A stretch of 64,000 nt of DNA from Anaeromyxobacteraceae bacterium (GTDB lineage Bacteria; Myxococcota; Myxococcia; Myxococcales; Anaeromyxobacteraceae), in assembly GCA_047602405.1 (NCBI GenBank), contig JASGHJ010000001.1, positions 1,440,001 through 1,504,000 on the forward strand, written 5' to 3'. The notes under the pieces were generated by a model. The model saw nothing but the letters and a program-made list of their open reading frames with translations. It was not told where the DNA came from and did not search any database. Of the stretch, positions 47,289 through 56,430 are shown piece by piece; the first letter of the stretch is position 1, and the number at the start of each line of letters is the position of its first letter. Position numbers and translations under genes: made by a program.

Positions 47289-49856
47289 ATGACGGCACGC
47301 TCACTCGCGCTGGTGACGGCGCTCACCTTCGCCACCTCGGCCGGCCTCGTCGGCTGCAAGTCCGACTCGGGAGGCTCGACCGGCAACCCGACCCCCGGCT
47401 ACGTCAACGTCTCCCTCACCGATCCGCTCAAGACCACCTACGTGGCCAACGGCGCGAACACGGTGAGCCTCGACGTCACCGACACCGAGGGCGGCCCGGT
47501 CGTGCTCACCACGACGCGCGGCACCTTCGTGAGCTCGGGCACGAAGACCTTCACCTCCACCGGCGCGCAGAGCACGGTCGTCCTCACGACCTGCGACGCC
47601 GCGACGGACTCGACCTGCGCCGGCACCGTCCTCATCAAGGCGACCCGCGGCACGGCCTTGGACTCGCTCACCTTCTCGTTCGTGTCGCTCGTGACCGCGT
47701 GCGCCTCGAGCTGCGCGGCCGACACCACCTGCACCAACCAGGCGTGCACCACCACCGGCGGCGCGAGCGGCAAGTGCGCCGGCACGCCGCTGCAGTGCGT
47801 CGCGAGCGGCGGCGGGTCGGGCGGCAACTGCACGGCGACCGGGGCGACCGAGACGGCCTGCGGCGACGGCCTGGACGACGACTGCGACGGCAAGATCGAC
47901 TGCGCGGACTCCGACTGCAACAACAAGCAGTGCAACGCGAGCTTCGCGACCTACCTCTGCCAGTCGAACGCGTGCACCGACACCACCTCCGGCCTCGCCC
48001 TCGTGCTGGCCCCGGCCCGCACCCGCCTGCCGGCCGACGGCACCACCCAGATCGCGGTGGACGTGGCCGTCTCGAATGGCGGCGACCCCGCACCCGGCCT
48101 GGTCGTGAACATGGCGGCCTCGCCCGCCGTGGGCATCACCCCGGCGCAGGCGACGGCCGACTCGAAGGGCATCGCCCACTTCACCTTCACCGCGCCGGCC
48201 ACCCCGCAGGCCGTCCAGCTCACCGCCTCGCTCGCCATCGTCCCGACCCTCACCGCGACGGCCACGATCACCATGCCCGCGCTGGGTGCCCTCGCCATCG
48301 CGGCGAACGCGCCGGTGAGCCCGACCGTGCTCGGCGCGACGGGCTCGGGCTGGAACGAGACCGGCTACGTGTCGGTGCTCGTGCTCGACGACAAGGGCCA
48401 GCCGTACCCCGACGGCCTCCCGGTGCGCTTCGAGCACCGCCAGCTCGGGGGCTCGACGCTCGCCGGATCACTCGCCCTCGACACCGCGACCTGCAAGGCG
48501 GCCCAGGGCTGCGTCGGCGTCGACGCGAAGACCTCCTCCGCGCCGGGCACCGCCGACACCGTCGGCCAGGCGACCGCGTGGCTCCAGTCCGGCCGCCTCG
48601 CCGGCACGCTCGCCACGACGGCCACCGCCACCATCGCCGGCGTCACGCGCGCCGTGGCGCTGCCCACCGTGGCCGTCGTCGGCGCGAAGGCGAGCGGCGC
48701 GAACTTCAGCGTCGTCTGCGGCCCGCGCAACGTCCCGGCGCTCGCCGAGACCGACTGCGCGGTCTCCCTCGTGGACGCGCCCTTCAAGTGCGAGGCGCTC
48801 CTCAAGGACCGCTTCTCGAACGTGCTCGGCCGCGCCACGCAGGTCATCTTCGCCTCGGAGGTCTCCGCGGTCGGGCCGGTCGTGACGACGCCGCAGTACG
48901 CGATCGGCGACGCCGGCGCGGGCCTCGGCAGGGCCGAGCAGACCTTCCAGACCCTCGGCGCGGCGCTGCCGTTCGACGTCGCCCCGCAGGCCGGCGAGGC
49001 CTTCGCGGTCCACGCGCAGGACGGCTGCGGCACCCGCACGCACAACCCGCGCGACGGCGTGGTCACGGTGATCGCGATGGCCGACGGCGAGGAGGCGTTC
49101 TTCGACACGAACGGGAACGGCAGGTACGACGCCGGCGAGCCGTTCGTGGACGCGGGCGAGCCCTTCGTCGACCAGGACGACAACGGCGTGCACGATCCGG
49201 GCGAGTGGTTCCTCGACGTGGACGGCGACGGCGCGTGGACCCCGCCGAACGGCGCCTGGGACGCCTCGACGAAGCTCTGGGCCCAGACGGTGGTGGTCTA
49301 CACCGGCGTCCCGGCCACGATGCAGGTCGCGGCGAACTACCTCGGCACCCGCTGGATCGACTTCCCCTCCTGGAGCGGCGCCTGCAACGCGACCCAGGCC
49401 GCGTCGCCGTTCGCGGTGGCCGCGTCGCAGGCCGGCCCGCCCCCGGTCGCGGCGACCTCCACGAACTACGTCGTCGTCGCGAGCGACCTCAACCTGAACC
49501 ACCTCGCCGCGAGCACCAACCACGCGGTGAAGGTCGCGGGCACGGTGGTCGCCGCGTACGGCGGCCTCACGAAGTACGCCGACGACCTCGGCTTCTTCTA
49601 CCGGTACTGGCCCTGCGACAAGAACGGCGTCTGCGCCTCGCAGTGCCGCGCCACCGGCGCGGCAGCGCCGTGCACGATGAAGCCGGCCGTCACCGACTTC
49701 GGCTGCGGCGTCGCCGCCGCCGTCACGATCACCGGCGGGTCGTCGCCGGACCCCGCGCTGCAGCAGGTCCAGTGGAACAGCGACACGACCTACAGCGTCT
49801 ACGGCGGCTCGAAGACGGTCCTCGACCGCAGCGTGGTCGTCGGCACGAGCCTCTGA
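47289..49856 (+). CDS. Large Cys-rich surface lipoprotein with Ig-like (invasin/Big-1-like) domains and DxDxDG Ca-binding loops
   Basis: Lipobox LVGC; ETACGDGLDDDCDGKIDCADSDC; LPADGTT..TADSKGIA; DTNGNGRYD, DQDDNG, DVDGDG. Confidence 0.8.
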   Translation: MTARSLALVTALTFATSAGLVGCKSDSGGSTGNPTPGYVNVSLTDPLKTTYVANGANTVSLDVTDTEGGPVVLTTTRGTFVSSGTKTFTSTGAQSTVVLTTCDAATDSTCAGTVLIKATRGTALDSLTFSFVSLVTACASSCAADTTCTNQACTTTGGASGKCAGTPLQCVASGGGSGGNCTATGATETACGDGLDDDCDGKIDCADSDCNNKQCNASFATYLCQSNACTDTTSGLALVLAPARTRLPADGTTQIAVDVAVSNGGDPAPGLVVNMAASPAVGITPAQATADSKGIAHFTFTAPATPQAVQLTASLAIVPTLTATATITMPALGALAIAANAPVSPTVLGATGSGWNETGYVSVLVLDDKGQPYPDGLPVRFEHRQLGGSTLAGSLALDTATCKAAQGCVGVDAKTSSAPGTADTVGQATAWLQSGRLAGTLATTATATIAGVTRAVALPTVAVVGAKASGANFSVVCGPRNVPALAETDCAVSLVDAPFKCEALLKDRFSNVLGRATQVIFASEVSAVGPVVTTPQYAIGDAGAGLGRAEQTFQTLGAALPFDVAPQAGEAFAVHAQDGCGTRTHNPRDGVVTVIAMADGEEAFFDTNGNGRYDAGEPFVDAGEPFVDQDDNGVHDPGEWFLDVDGDGAWTPPNGAWDASTKLWAQTVVVYTGVPATMQVAANYLGTRWIDFPSWSGACNATQAASPFAVAASQAGPPPVAATSTNYVVVASDLNLNHLAASTNHAVKVAGTVVAAYGGLTKYADDLGFFYRYWPCDKNGVCASQCRATGAAAPCTMKPAVTDFGCGVAAAVTITGGSSPDPALQQVQWNSDTTYSVYGGSKTVLDRSVVVGTSL

Positions 49857-49869
49857 GCACGGACGGCGG

Positions 49870-49896
49870 GGCGCGGTCTCGTCGGGAGACCGCGCC
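49870..49896. terminator. Stem-loop after the lipoprotein gene (terminator-like, no U-tract)
   Basis: GGCGCGGTCTC-GTCGG-GAGACCGCGCC, perfect 11-bp stem. Confidence 0.45.
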
Positions 49897-50313
49897 TCCG
49901 CTGCCAGCGGTGACCCGGGCTCGCCCCGGCATGCGATCGAGCCTGCACCCGACGCCGGGTGAAACGCTCAGGTGCGCGGATCGGGCACACGTGGAGTAGA
50001 ATCGCAACGCGGCGAAACCCGGTCGATTTCCACTCCGAGTCGCAAGAAACCCACCGCATCTGGGGAGCGCCTCCGCGCACCGTCCGGTCATTCTTACGGG
50101 GCGTGCGGATGTGGGACGTGGTCATCTGGTCGATCGCTCGGCTGCACGGCCTTGTGCCTCCACGCGTTCTCGAAATAACCTCGCGGCGTTTGTCGAATCC
50201 GGGGTGCCCGGGTGCCTCTGTAGCCTGAGGGGGCGGGAAGTGCGGCATGCGGGCGCGGGCCTTGCTTCAGAGGCCGCCGACCTCCGGAACCGCAGAGGGA
50301 TGGGGACGCAGCG

Positions 50314-52242
50314 ATGAGCGATTGGCGAGTGGGCGCCGGCGTGATGGTCCGGCGCCTCCTGGTGATCCTGGTGCACCTCGGGCTGTGGGCGGCCGCCCTC
50401 GGGCTCGCGCTCGAGCTGCGCTTCGAGTTCCGCCCGCCGCCGCTGGAGCACCGCGCGCTGCTCGGCATCTGGCTGCCGGCGCTGCTCGCCGCGCGCGTGC
50501 TCGCGTTCCACCCGTTCGGCCTCTTCCGCGGCCTGTGGCGCTACACCGGCGCGCACGACCTCCTCGCGATGGTCGCCGCCACCTCGCTCGGCAGCGCGGC
50601 CGTGACGGCGCTGCTCGTCGCCACCGGCGGCCCCTACTCCCGCTCGGTGCTCGCGATCGAGTGGGTCCTCTCGCTCGTGCTCGTGGCCGGGCTGCGCTTC
50701 TCGACCCGCGTGCTCGCCACCCGGGAGCTCTGGCACTGGTTCCGCCCGCCCGCGCGGCGGCGCACGCTCATCGTGGGCGGCGGCAACGCCGGCGCGATGC
50801 TGGTCCGCGAGATGCGGGCCGCGCCGAAGAGCGCCTGGGAGCCGGTCGGCATCCTCGACGACGACACCGGCAAGGCCGGCGCGCTCATCCACGGCGTGAA
50901 GGTCCTCGGGCGCATCGCCCGCCTCCCCGAGCTCGTCCAGCGCCACCGGGTGACCGAGATCGTCATCGCCATCCCGTCGGCCGGCGGCGGCGTGATGCGG
51001 CGGGTGGTCGACCTCTGCAAGCGCTCCGGCGCCCGGTTCAAGACCATCCCGGGCCTCGACCAGATCATCGACGGCCGCGTCACGGTGTCCCAGCTGCGCG
51101 ACGTCGCGATCGAGGACCTGCTCGGCCGGGACCCGGTGGTGCTCGACGAGGACGTCATCGCCGGGGCGCTCTCCGGCCGCAGCATCATGGTGACCGGGGC
51201 GGGAGGGTCGATCGGCTCGGAGATGTGCCGCCAGCTCTGCCGGGTCGGGCCGGAGCGGCTCGTGCTCGTCGAGCACGGCGAGAACTCCCTCTTCCACGTC
51301 CACCGCGAGCTCGCGGCGAAGTTCCCCGAGATCCTGATCGTCCCGGTGATCGCGGACGTCACCGACCCGCGGCGCATGGAGGAGGTCTTCCAGCGTCACC
51401 GGCCGCAGGCCGTGTTCCACGCGGCGGCGCACAAGCACGTGCCGATGATGGAGCTCAACCCGGGCGAGGCGGTGAAGAACAACGTCTTCGGCACCCGCAC
51501 GCTGGCCGACCTGGCCGACCGCTTCGGCGTCGACCGGTTCGTGATGATCTCGACGGACAAGGCGGTGAACCCGACCTCGGTGATGGGCGCCACCAAGCGC
51601 TGCGCCGAGATCTACGTGCAGGCGCTCTCGGAGCGCTCCCGCACCCGCTTCGTCACGGTGCGCTTCGGCAACGTGCTCGGCTCCGAGGGCAGCGTGATCC
51701 CGCTCTTCAAGGAGCAGATCGCCCGCGGTGGGCCGGTGACCGTCACCCACCCGGAGATGAAGCGCTACTTCATGACCATCCCCGAGGCGGCCCAGCTCGT
51801 CATGCAGGCGGGCGCGATGGGGAACGGCGGGGAGATCTTCATCCTCGACATGGGCGAGCCGGTGAAGATCGTCGACCTCGCGCGCGACCTCATCCAGCTC
51901 TCCGGCTTCGTGCCGGGCCAGGACATCGAGATCGCGTTCAGCGGCATGCGCCCGGGCGAGAAGCTCTTCGAGGAGCTCTCGGTGGACGCCGAGGTCGCCG
52001 ACAAGACCCGCCACCCGAAGATCTTCGTCGGCCACTTCCGGCCGCACCCGTGGGACGCCGTCCAGCGCCAGCTCCACGAGCTCGTGCAGCTGGCGGACGC
52101 CCGCTCGCTCGAGGTGCGGCGCAAGCTCTCCGAGATCGTGCCCGAGTACAGCCCGTCGCTCCACGTCACCGACGCGGCGGTGCAGGCCGCACCGGCCGTC
52201 CCGTCGGCGTCCGCGACCCGACCCCGGGCCGAGGCGAGCTGA
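50314..52242 (+). CDS. Polysaccharide biosynthesis nucleotide-sugar 4,6-dehydratase, CapD/PglF/WbpM family
   Basis: Four N-terminal TM segments; IEDLLGR, TGAGGSIGSE, HAAAHKHVP, STDKAVNP, MGATK, RFGNVLGS, RPGEKL. Confidence 0.93.
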   Translation: MSDWRVGAGVMVRRLLVILVHLGLWAAALGLALELRFEFRPPPLEHRALLGIWLPALLAARVLAFHPFGLFRGLWRYTGAHDLLAMVAATSLGSAAVTALLVATGGPYSRSVLAIEWVLSLVLVAGLRFSTRVLATRELWHWFRPPARRRTLIVGGGNAGAMLVREMRAAPKSAWEPVGILDDDTGKAGALIHGVKVLGRIARLPELVQRHRVTEIVIAIPSAGGGVMRRVVDLCKRSGARFKTIPGLDQIIDGRVTVSQLRDVAIEDLLGRDPVVLDEDVIAGALSGRSIMVTGAGGSIGSEMCRQLCRVGPERLVLVEHGENSLFHVHRELAAKFPEILIVPVIADVTDPRRMEEVFQRHRPQAVFHAAAHKHVPMMELNPGEAVKNNVFGTRTLADLADRFGVDRFVMISTDKAVNPTSVMGATKRCAEIYVQALSERSRTRFVTVRFGNVLGSEGSVIPLFKEQIARGGPVTVTHPEMKRYFMTIPEAAQLVMQAGAMGNGGEIFILDMGEPVKIVDLARDLIQLSGFVPGQDIEIAFSGMRPGEKLFEELSVDAEVADKTRHPKIFVGHFRPHPWDAVQRQLHELVQLADARSLEVRRKLSEIVPEYSPSLHVTDAAVQAAPAVPSASATRPRAEAS

Positions 52243-52317
52243 GGCGACGCCCCCTCCTCGACTCTTCGCGGCAGGCTCTCTAGACTCCGGCCGCACCCGC
52301 CCGGAGCCCCGAGGAAC

Positions 52318-53643
52318 GTGAATCCACGCGCGCACGCCTACCGGCTCTACCACCGGCTCCGCGGGTCGAAGCTCATGCGGCTGCACGGGGAGTACCTCGC
52401 GGAGTACCGCGCCGGGACCCGCGAGGACGCGCACCTCCAGCGCCTCGCGGACGTGCTCGTCTGGGCCCGCGGGCACGTGCCCCTGCACCGCGAGCGGCTG
52501 GCGGGAACCCCCGAGGCCACGATCCGCGCCGACCCGGTCGCCGCGCTCCGTTCGCTGCCGGTCCTGACGAAGCAGGTCCTGCGCGAGCGGGAGGACGCCC
52601 TCCTCTCCGACGATCTCCCGCGGCGGCGGACCTACTTCAACACCTCCGGCGGATCCACGGGGGAGCCGGTCCGGCTGGTGCAGGACGGGACCTACTTCGA
52701 GCGGTCGATGGCCGCGAAGTACGTCTACTCGAGCCTCGTCGGGCGGGACGTCGGGGAGCCCGAGGTCGTCGTCTGGGGCAGCGAGCGGGACATCCTGGAC
52801 GGCGGGCGAGGCCTGCGCCGGCGGCTCGCCGAGTGGCTCACCGCGAGCCGGACCGTCAACGCCTTCCGGATGACCGAGGCGGGCATGCGCGCCTGCCTCG
52901 CGGACCTGGACCGCCGGCCGCCGCGGCTCGTGCTCGCCTATGCGCAGGCGATCTACGAGCTCGCCTCGTTCGCGGAGCGCGAGGGCATCCGGGTGCGGCC
53001 GCAGCACGCGGTGATGACGAGCGCGGGCACGCTCTACCCGTTCATGCGCGAGCGCCTCGAGCGCGTCTTCGGCTGCCGCGTCTACAACCGGTACGGCTCC
53101 CGCGAGGTGGGCGACATCGCCTGCGAGCTCCCCGGCCACCGGGGGCTGTGGGTCTCACCCTGGAACGCGTGGGTCGAGGTCCTCGACGCCAAGGGGCGCC
53201 CCGCGCCGGAGGGGGTGGAGGGCGACATCGTGGTCACGTCCCTCACCAACTTCGCCATGCCGCTCCTCCGCTACGCGATCGGCGACCGCGGCGCGCTCGG
53301 AGCGCCGGAGCGGGGCAGCCAGGTGCTCGCCCGCGTCAGCGGACGCAACGTCGACACCTTCCGCGCGGCCGACGGCTCGCTCGTCGACGGGGAGTACTTC
53401 ACGCACCTCCTCTACTTCCGGCCCTGGGTGAAACAGTTCCAGATCGTCCAGCGTTCCGTCGACAGGGTCTCCGTGCGCGTCGTCCGGCTGGCGGTGCCCC
53501 CCGCCTCCGACCTGGCGGAGATCGCCAGCGCCTGCCGCAAGGTCCTGGGCGAGCGCTGCGCCGTCGAGTTCGACTGGGTCGACCGCATCGCGGAGTCCAC
53601 GTCGGGCAAGTACCGGTACACGATCTCGGAGGTGGCGGCGTGA
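52318..53643 (+). CDS. Phenylacetate-CoA ligase-like adenylate-forming enzyme (CapK family)
   Basis: TSGGSTGEP P-loop, YGSREVG, PLLRYAIGD, SGKYR. Confidence 0.85.
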   Translation: MNPRAHAYRLYHRLRGSKLMRLHGEYLAEYRAGTREDAHLQRLADVLVWARGHVPLHRERLAGTPEATIRADPVAALRSLPVLTKQVLREREDALLSDDLPRRRTYFNTSGGSTGEPVRLVQDGTYFERSMAAKYVYSSLVGRDVGEPEVVVWGSERDILDGGRGLRRRLAEWLTASRTVNAFRMTEAGMRACLADLDRRPPRLVLAYAQAIYELASFAEREGIRVRPQHAVMTSAGTLYPFMRERLERVFGCRVYNRYGSREVGDIACELPGHRGLWVSPWNAWVEVLDAKGRPAPEGVEGDIVVTSLTNFAMPLLRYAIGDRGALGAPERGSQVLARVSGRNVDTFRAADGSLVDGEYFTHLLYFRPWVKQFQIVQRSVDRVSVRVVRLAVPPASDLAEIASACRKVLGERCAVEFDWVDRIAESTSGKYRYTISEVAA

Positions 53644-55181
53644 GCGGGTGGGTCGATCAGCGCACGGTGGCCGTGGCGCGCGACGAGGCGCGGTACGCGA
53701 AGCACCCGCCGTTCCACCCCTCGGAGGCCTATCCCGAGTGGCCGGGCGCGCCGGTCTCCACCGAGGACAACCCGGGCTTCCGCGCGGTGCGCCGCGCGCT
53801 CCTCGCGCTCGGGCTCGACGCCGCCGCGGCCGGCACGCCCGGGTGGAACCCGCTCGGCGCGCTCGTGCCGAGGGGCGGCACGGTCGTCGTGAAGCCGAAC
53901 CTCGTCACCCACGCGAACCACGCCGCGGTCTTCGGCGTCACCGACACCGACTGCCTCGTGACGCACGGGTCGGTGATCCGCGCCCTCGTGGACTACGCCG
54001 CGAGGGCCCTCGGGGGAGCGGGCAAGGTCATCGTGGCCGACTGTCCCCTCCAGGGCGCGGACTGGGACGGGCTCATGGCCGTCACCGGGCTGCCCGCGAT
54101 CCGCGACGACGCCGCCGCGCGCTTCCCGGGCGTCGAGTTCGAGCTGCGCGATCTGCGCCTCGCGAAGGCGAAGGTCTGGCGCGGCCAGGTGGTCGCCCGG
54201 GTGGTGGACGAGGGCGGTCGCGCCCGCTACACCGAGGTCGACCTCGGCGCCCGGAGCCTGCTGATGCCGCTCATGCGGCCGGGGTACGCGTTCGGCGTCA
54301 CGCACTACGCGCGCGCGCGGATGCGCCCGGCCCACACCCCGGAGCGGAACTGCTACCTGCTCCCGAAGGACATCCTCGCGGCGGACCTCTTCGTCAACGT
54401 CCCGAAGATGAAGATCCACCAGAAGGCCGGCATCACCTGCGCGCTCAAGAACCTCGTGGGCATCAACGGCCACAAGGACTACCTGCCGCACTTCCGCTTC
54501 GGGAGCCCGCGCCAGGGCGGCGACGAGTACCCGGACGGTGGCTGGCCCTGGGACCTCGTGAGCGCGCTCGCCCACGCCGACTGGGAGCGGGAGGGCGGCG
54601 CGGTGAAGCGCGGCCTCCTCCTCGCGCGCGCCGCGCTGCAGAAGGCGTTCCTCGTCACGGGGCTCCTCACGCGCGACCAGGTGTTCCAGGCCGGCGGTGC
54701 GTGGCACGGCAACGACACGCTCTGGCGCACCGTCCTCGACATCAACCGGGCGCTCCTCTACTGGGATCGCGCGCGCGGCGGCGTGCACGAGGACGCCGCG
54801 CCACGCGCGTACCTCACCGTGCTCGACGGCCTCGTCGCGGGCCACCGCGACGGGCCCCTCGCGCCGCACCCGTACCCCGCGGGCGCGGTGCTCGCCGCGC
54901 GCAACCCGGCCGCGATGGACGCCGCGGCGGCCGCATTCATGGGGCTCGACCCCGCCCGGATCCCGCAGGTGCGCCACGCCTTCGAGGGCGGGGCGCTCCC
55001 GCTCACCTCCTTCCGGCTCGAGGACGTCGAGCTCCTGGGCGACCTGTCCGCGCGGAGCCTGGAGGCGCTGCGCCTCGGTGACGACCACCACGCGCTCGAG
55101 CCGTCCGTGGGGTGGCGCGGGCACGTCGAGGCGACGGCAGCCGACCTCCAGGCTCCCCCGCTGGAGCGATCCAACGCATGA
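53640..55181 (+). CDS. DUF362 domain protein
   Basis: GTG overlaps the upstream stop; VVKPNLV, NVPKMKIHQKAGITCALKNLVG, AMDAAA. Confidence 0.8.
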   Translation: MSGWVDQRTVAVARDEARYAKHPPFHPSEAYPEWPGAPVSTEDNPGFRAVRRALLALGLDAAAAGTPGWNPLGALVPRGGTVVVKPNLVTHANHAAVFGVTDTDCLVTHGSVIRALVDYAARALGGAGKVIVADCPLQGADWDGLMAVTGLPAIRDDAAARFPGVEFELRDLRLAKAKVWRGQVVARVVDEGGRARYTEVDLGARSLLMPLMRPGYAFGVTHYARARMRPAHTPERNCYLLPKDILAADLFVNVPKMKIHQKAGITCALKNLVGINGHKDYLPHFRFGSPRQGGDEYPDGGWPWDLVSALAHADWEREGGAVKRGLLLARAALQKAFLVTGLLTRDQVFQAGGAWHGNDTLWRTVLDINRALLYWDRARGGVHEDAAPRAYLTVLDGLVAGHRDGPLAPHPYPAGAVLAARNPAAMDAAAAAFMGLDPARIPQVRHAFEGGALPLTSFRLEDVELLGDLSARSLEALRLGDDHHALEPSVGWRGHVEATAADLQAPPLERSNA

Positions 55182-56152
55182 GCCGCATCCTCGTCACCGG
55201 CGCGGCAGGCTTCATCGGCATGCACGTCGCGGAGCGGCTGCTCGACCGCGGCGACACGGTGGTCGGCGTCGACGCGCTCACGCCTTACTACGACGTGCGG
55301 CTGAAGGAGGCGCGGCTCGCCCGGCTCACCGGCCGGCCGGGGTTCGCGTTCGAGCGCGTCGACCTCGCCGACCGGGCCCAGGCCGAGCGGCTCTTCGCGG
55401 CGGCGAGGGCGGACGCGGTCGTCCACCTCGCGGCCCAGCCGGGCGTGCGTGCCTCCGTCGAGAACCCCCACGCGACCATCGAGGCGAACGTCGGCGGGTT
55501 CCTCAACGTGCTCGAGGGCTGCCGCCGCGCGCCGGTCGGTCACCTCGTCTACGCCTCCTCGAGCTCGGTGTACGGCGGGAACGTGAAGGTGCCGTTCGCG
55601 GTGTCCGATCCGGTCGACGGCCCCGTGAGCCTCTACGCCGCGAGCAAGAAGGCGAACGAGCTCATGGCGAGCACCTACAGCCACCTCTTCGCCATCCCGG
55701 CCACCGGGCTGCGCTTCTTCACCGTGTACGGCCCGTGGGGCCGTCCCGACATGGCTCCGCTCCTCTTCACGCGGGCGATCCTCGAGGGGCGGCCCATCAA
55801 GGTCTTCAACCACGGCGAGATGCGCCGCGACTTCACCTACGTGGACGACATCGCCGAGGGCGTGGTGCGCGTGCTCGACCGCCCGCCCGCGCCGCACGGC
55901 GACCGGCGCCACGCCCTCTACAACATCGGCAACAGCGAGCCGGTGGAGCTCATGCGCTTCATCTCGACGCTGGAGGGGGCGATCGGGAAGAAGGCCACGC
56001 TGGAGCTCCTGCCGATGCAGCCCGGCGACGTGCCCGCAACGTTCGCCGACGTCTCGGACCTCGAGCGCGACGTGGGCTTCCGTCCGGCCACCCCGATCGG
56101 CGAAGGCCTCGCGCGCCTCGTGGCGTGGTATCGCGCCTTCTACGGCGCGTGA
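55178..56152 (+). CDS. NAD-dependent epimerase, UDP-glucuronate 4-epimerase-like
   Basis: TGAAGFIG, HLAAQPGVR, SSSSVYG, YAASKK, RFFTVYGPWGRPDMA, MQPGDV. Confidence 0.9.
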   Translation: MSRILVTGAAGFIGMHVAERLLDRGDTVVGVDALTPYYDVRLKEARLARLTGRPGFAFERVDLADRAQAERLFAAARADAVVHLAAQPGVRASVENPHATIEANVGGFLNVLEGCRRAPVGHLVYASSSSVYGGNVKVPFAVSDPVDGPVSLYAASKKANELMASTYSHLFAIPATGLRFFTVYGPWGRPDMAPLLFTRAILEGRPIKVFNHGEMRRDFTYVDDIAEGVVRVLDRPPAPHGDRRHALYNIGNSEPVELMRFISTLEGAIGKKATLELLPMQPGDVPATFADVSDLERDVGFRPATPIGEGLARLVAWYRAFYGA

Positions 56153-56430
56153 AGCGACGTGATCGGGATCACGTCCGACATGTGAGTGCGCGGTCGCCGT
56201 ACCGGATCGTTCTACCCCGCGATCGTGGGGCGTGATCGCGCGCCGCGCTACCTTCACGATGAGTCGTCAGGCCGACCCGGGGGTCCCGCGACCACGCGTG
56301 ATCGCGAGACCCCGGCCGCCGGAAATCCTCGCTCGCGAGCGCGGATCGCAACTCCAGGGCGTGCGACGGGTTGGGCCTGATCGCTGCACCTGCAACCGTC
56401 GTCGCGCAGCCTTCGTCCCACCGTTCGAGC

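Noticed and set aside
50221..50245. JUMPstart/ops element before the polysaccharide operon (TAGCCTGAGGGGGCGGGAAGTG)
   Set aside because: Only a loose resemblance to GGCGGTAGnnTG; the key TAG is missing and such G-rich strings are common here.
49900..50310. Short ORFs or an ncRNA in the lower-GC gap before capD
   Set aside because: The ORFs have non-host codon usage and there is no recognisable RNA family. More likely a promoter or leader region.
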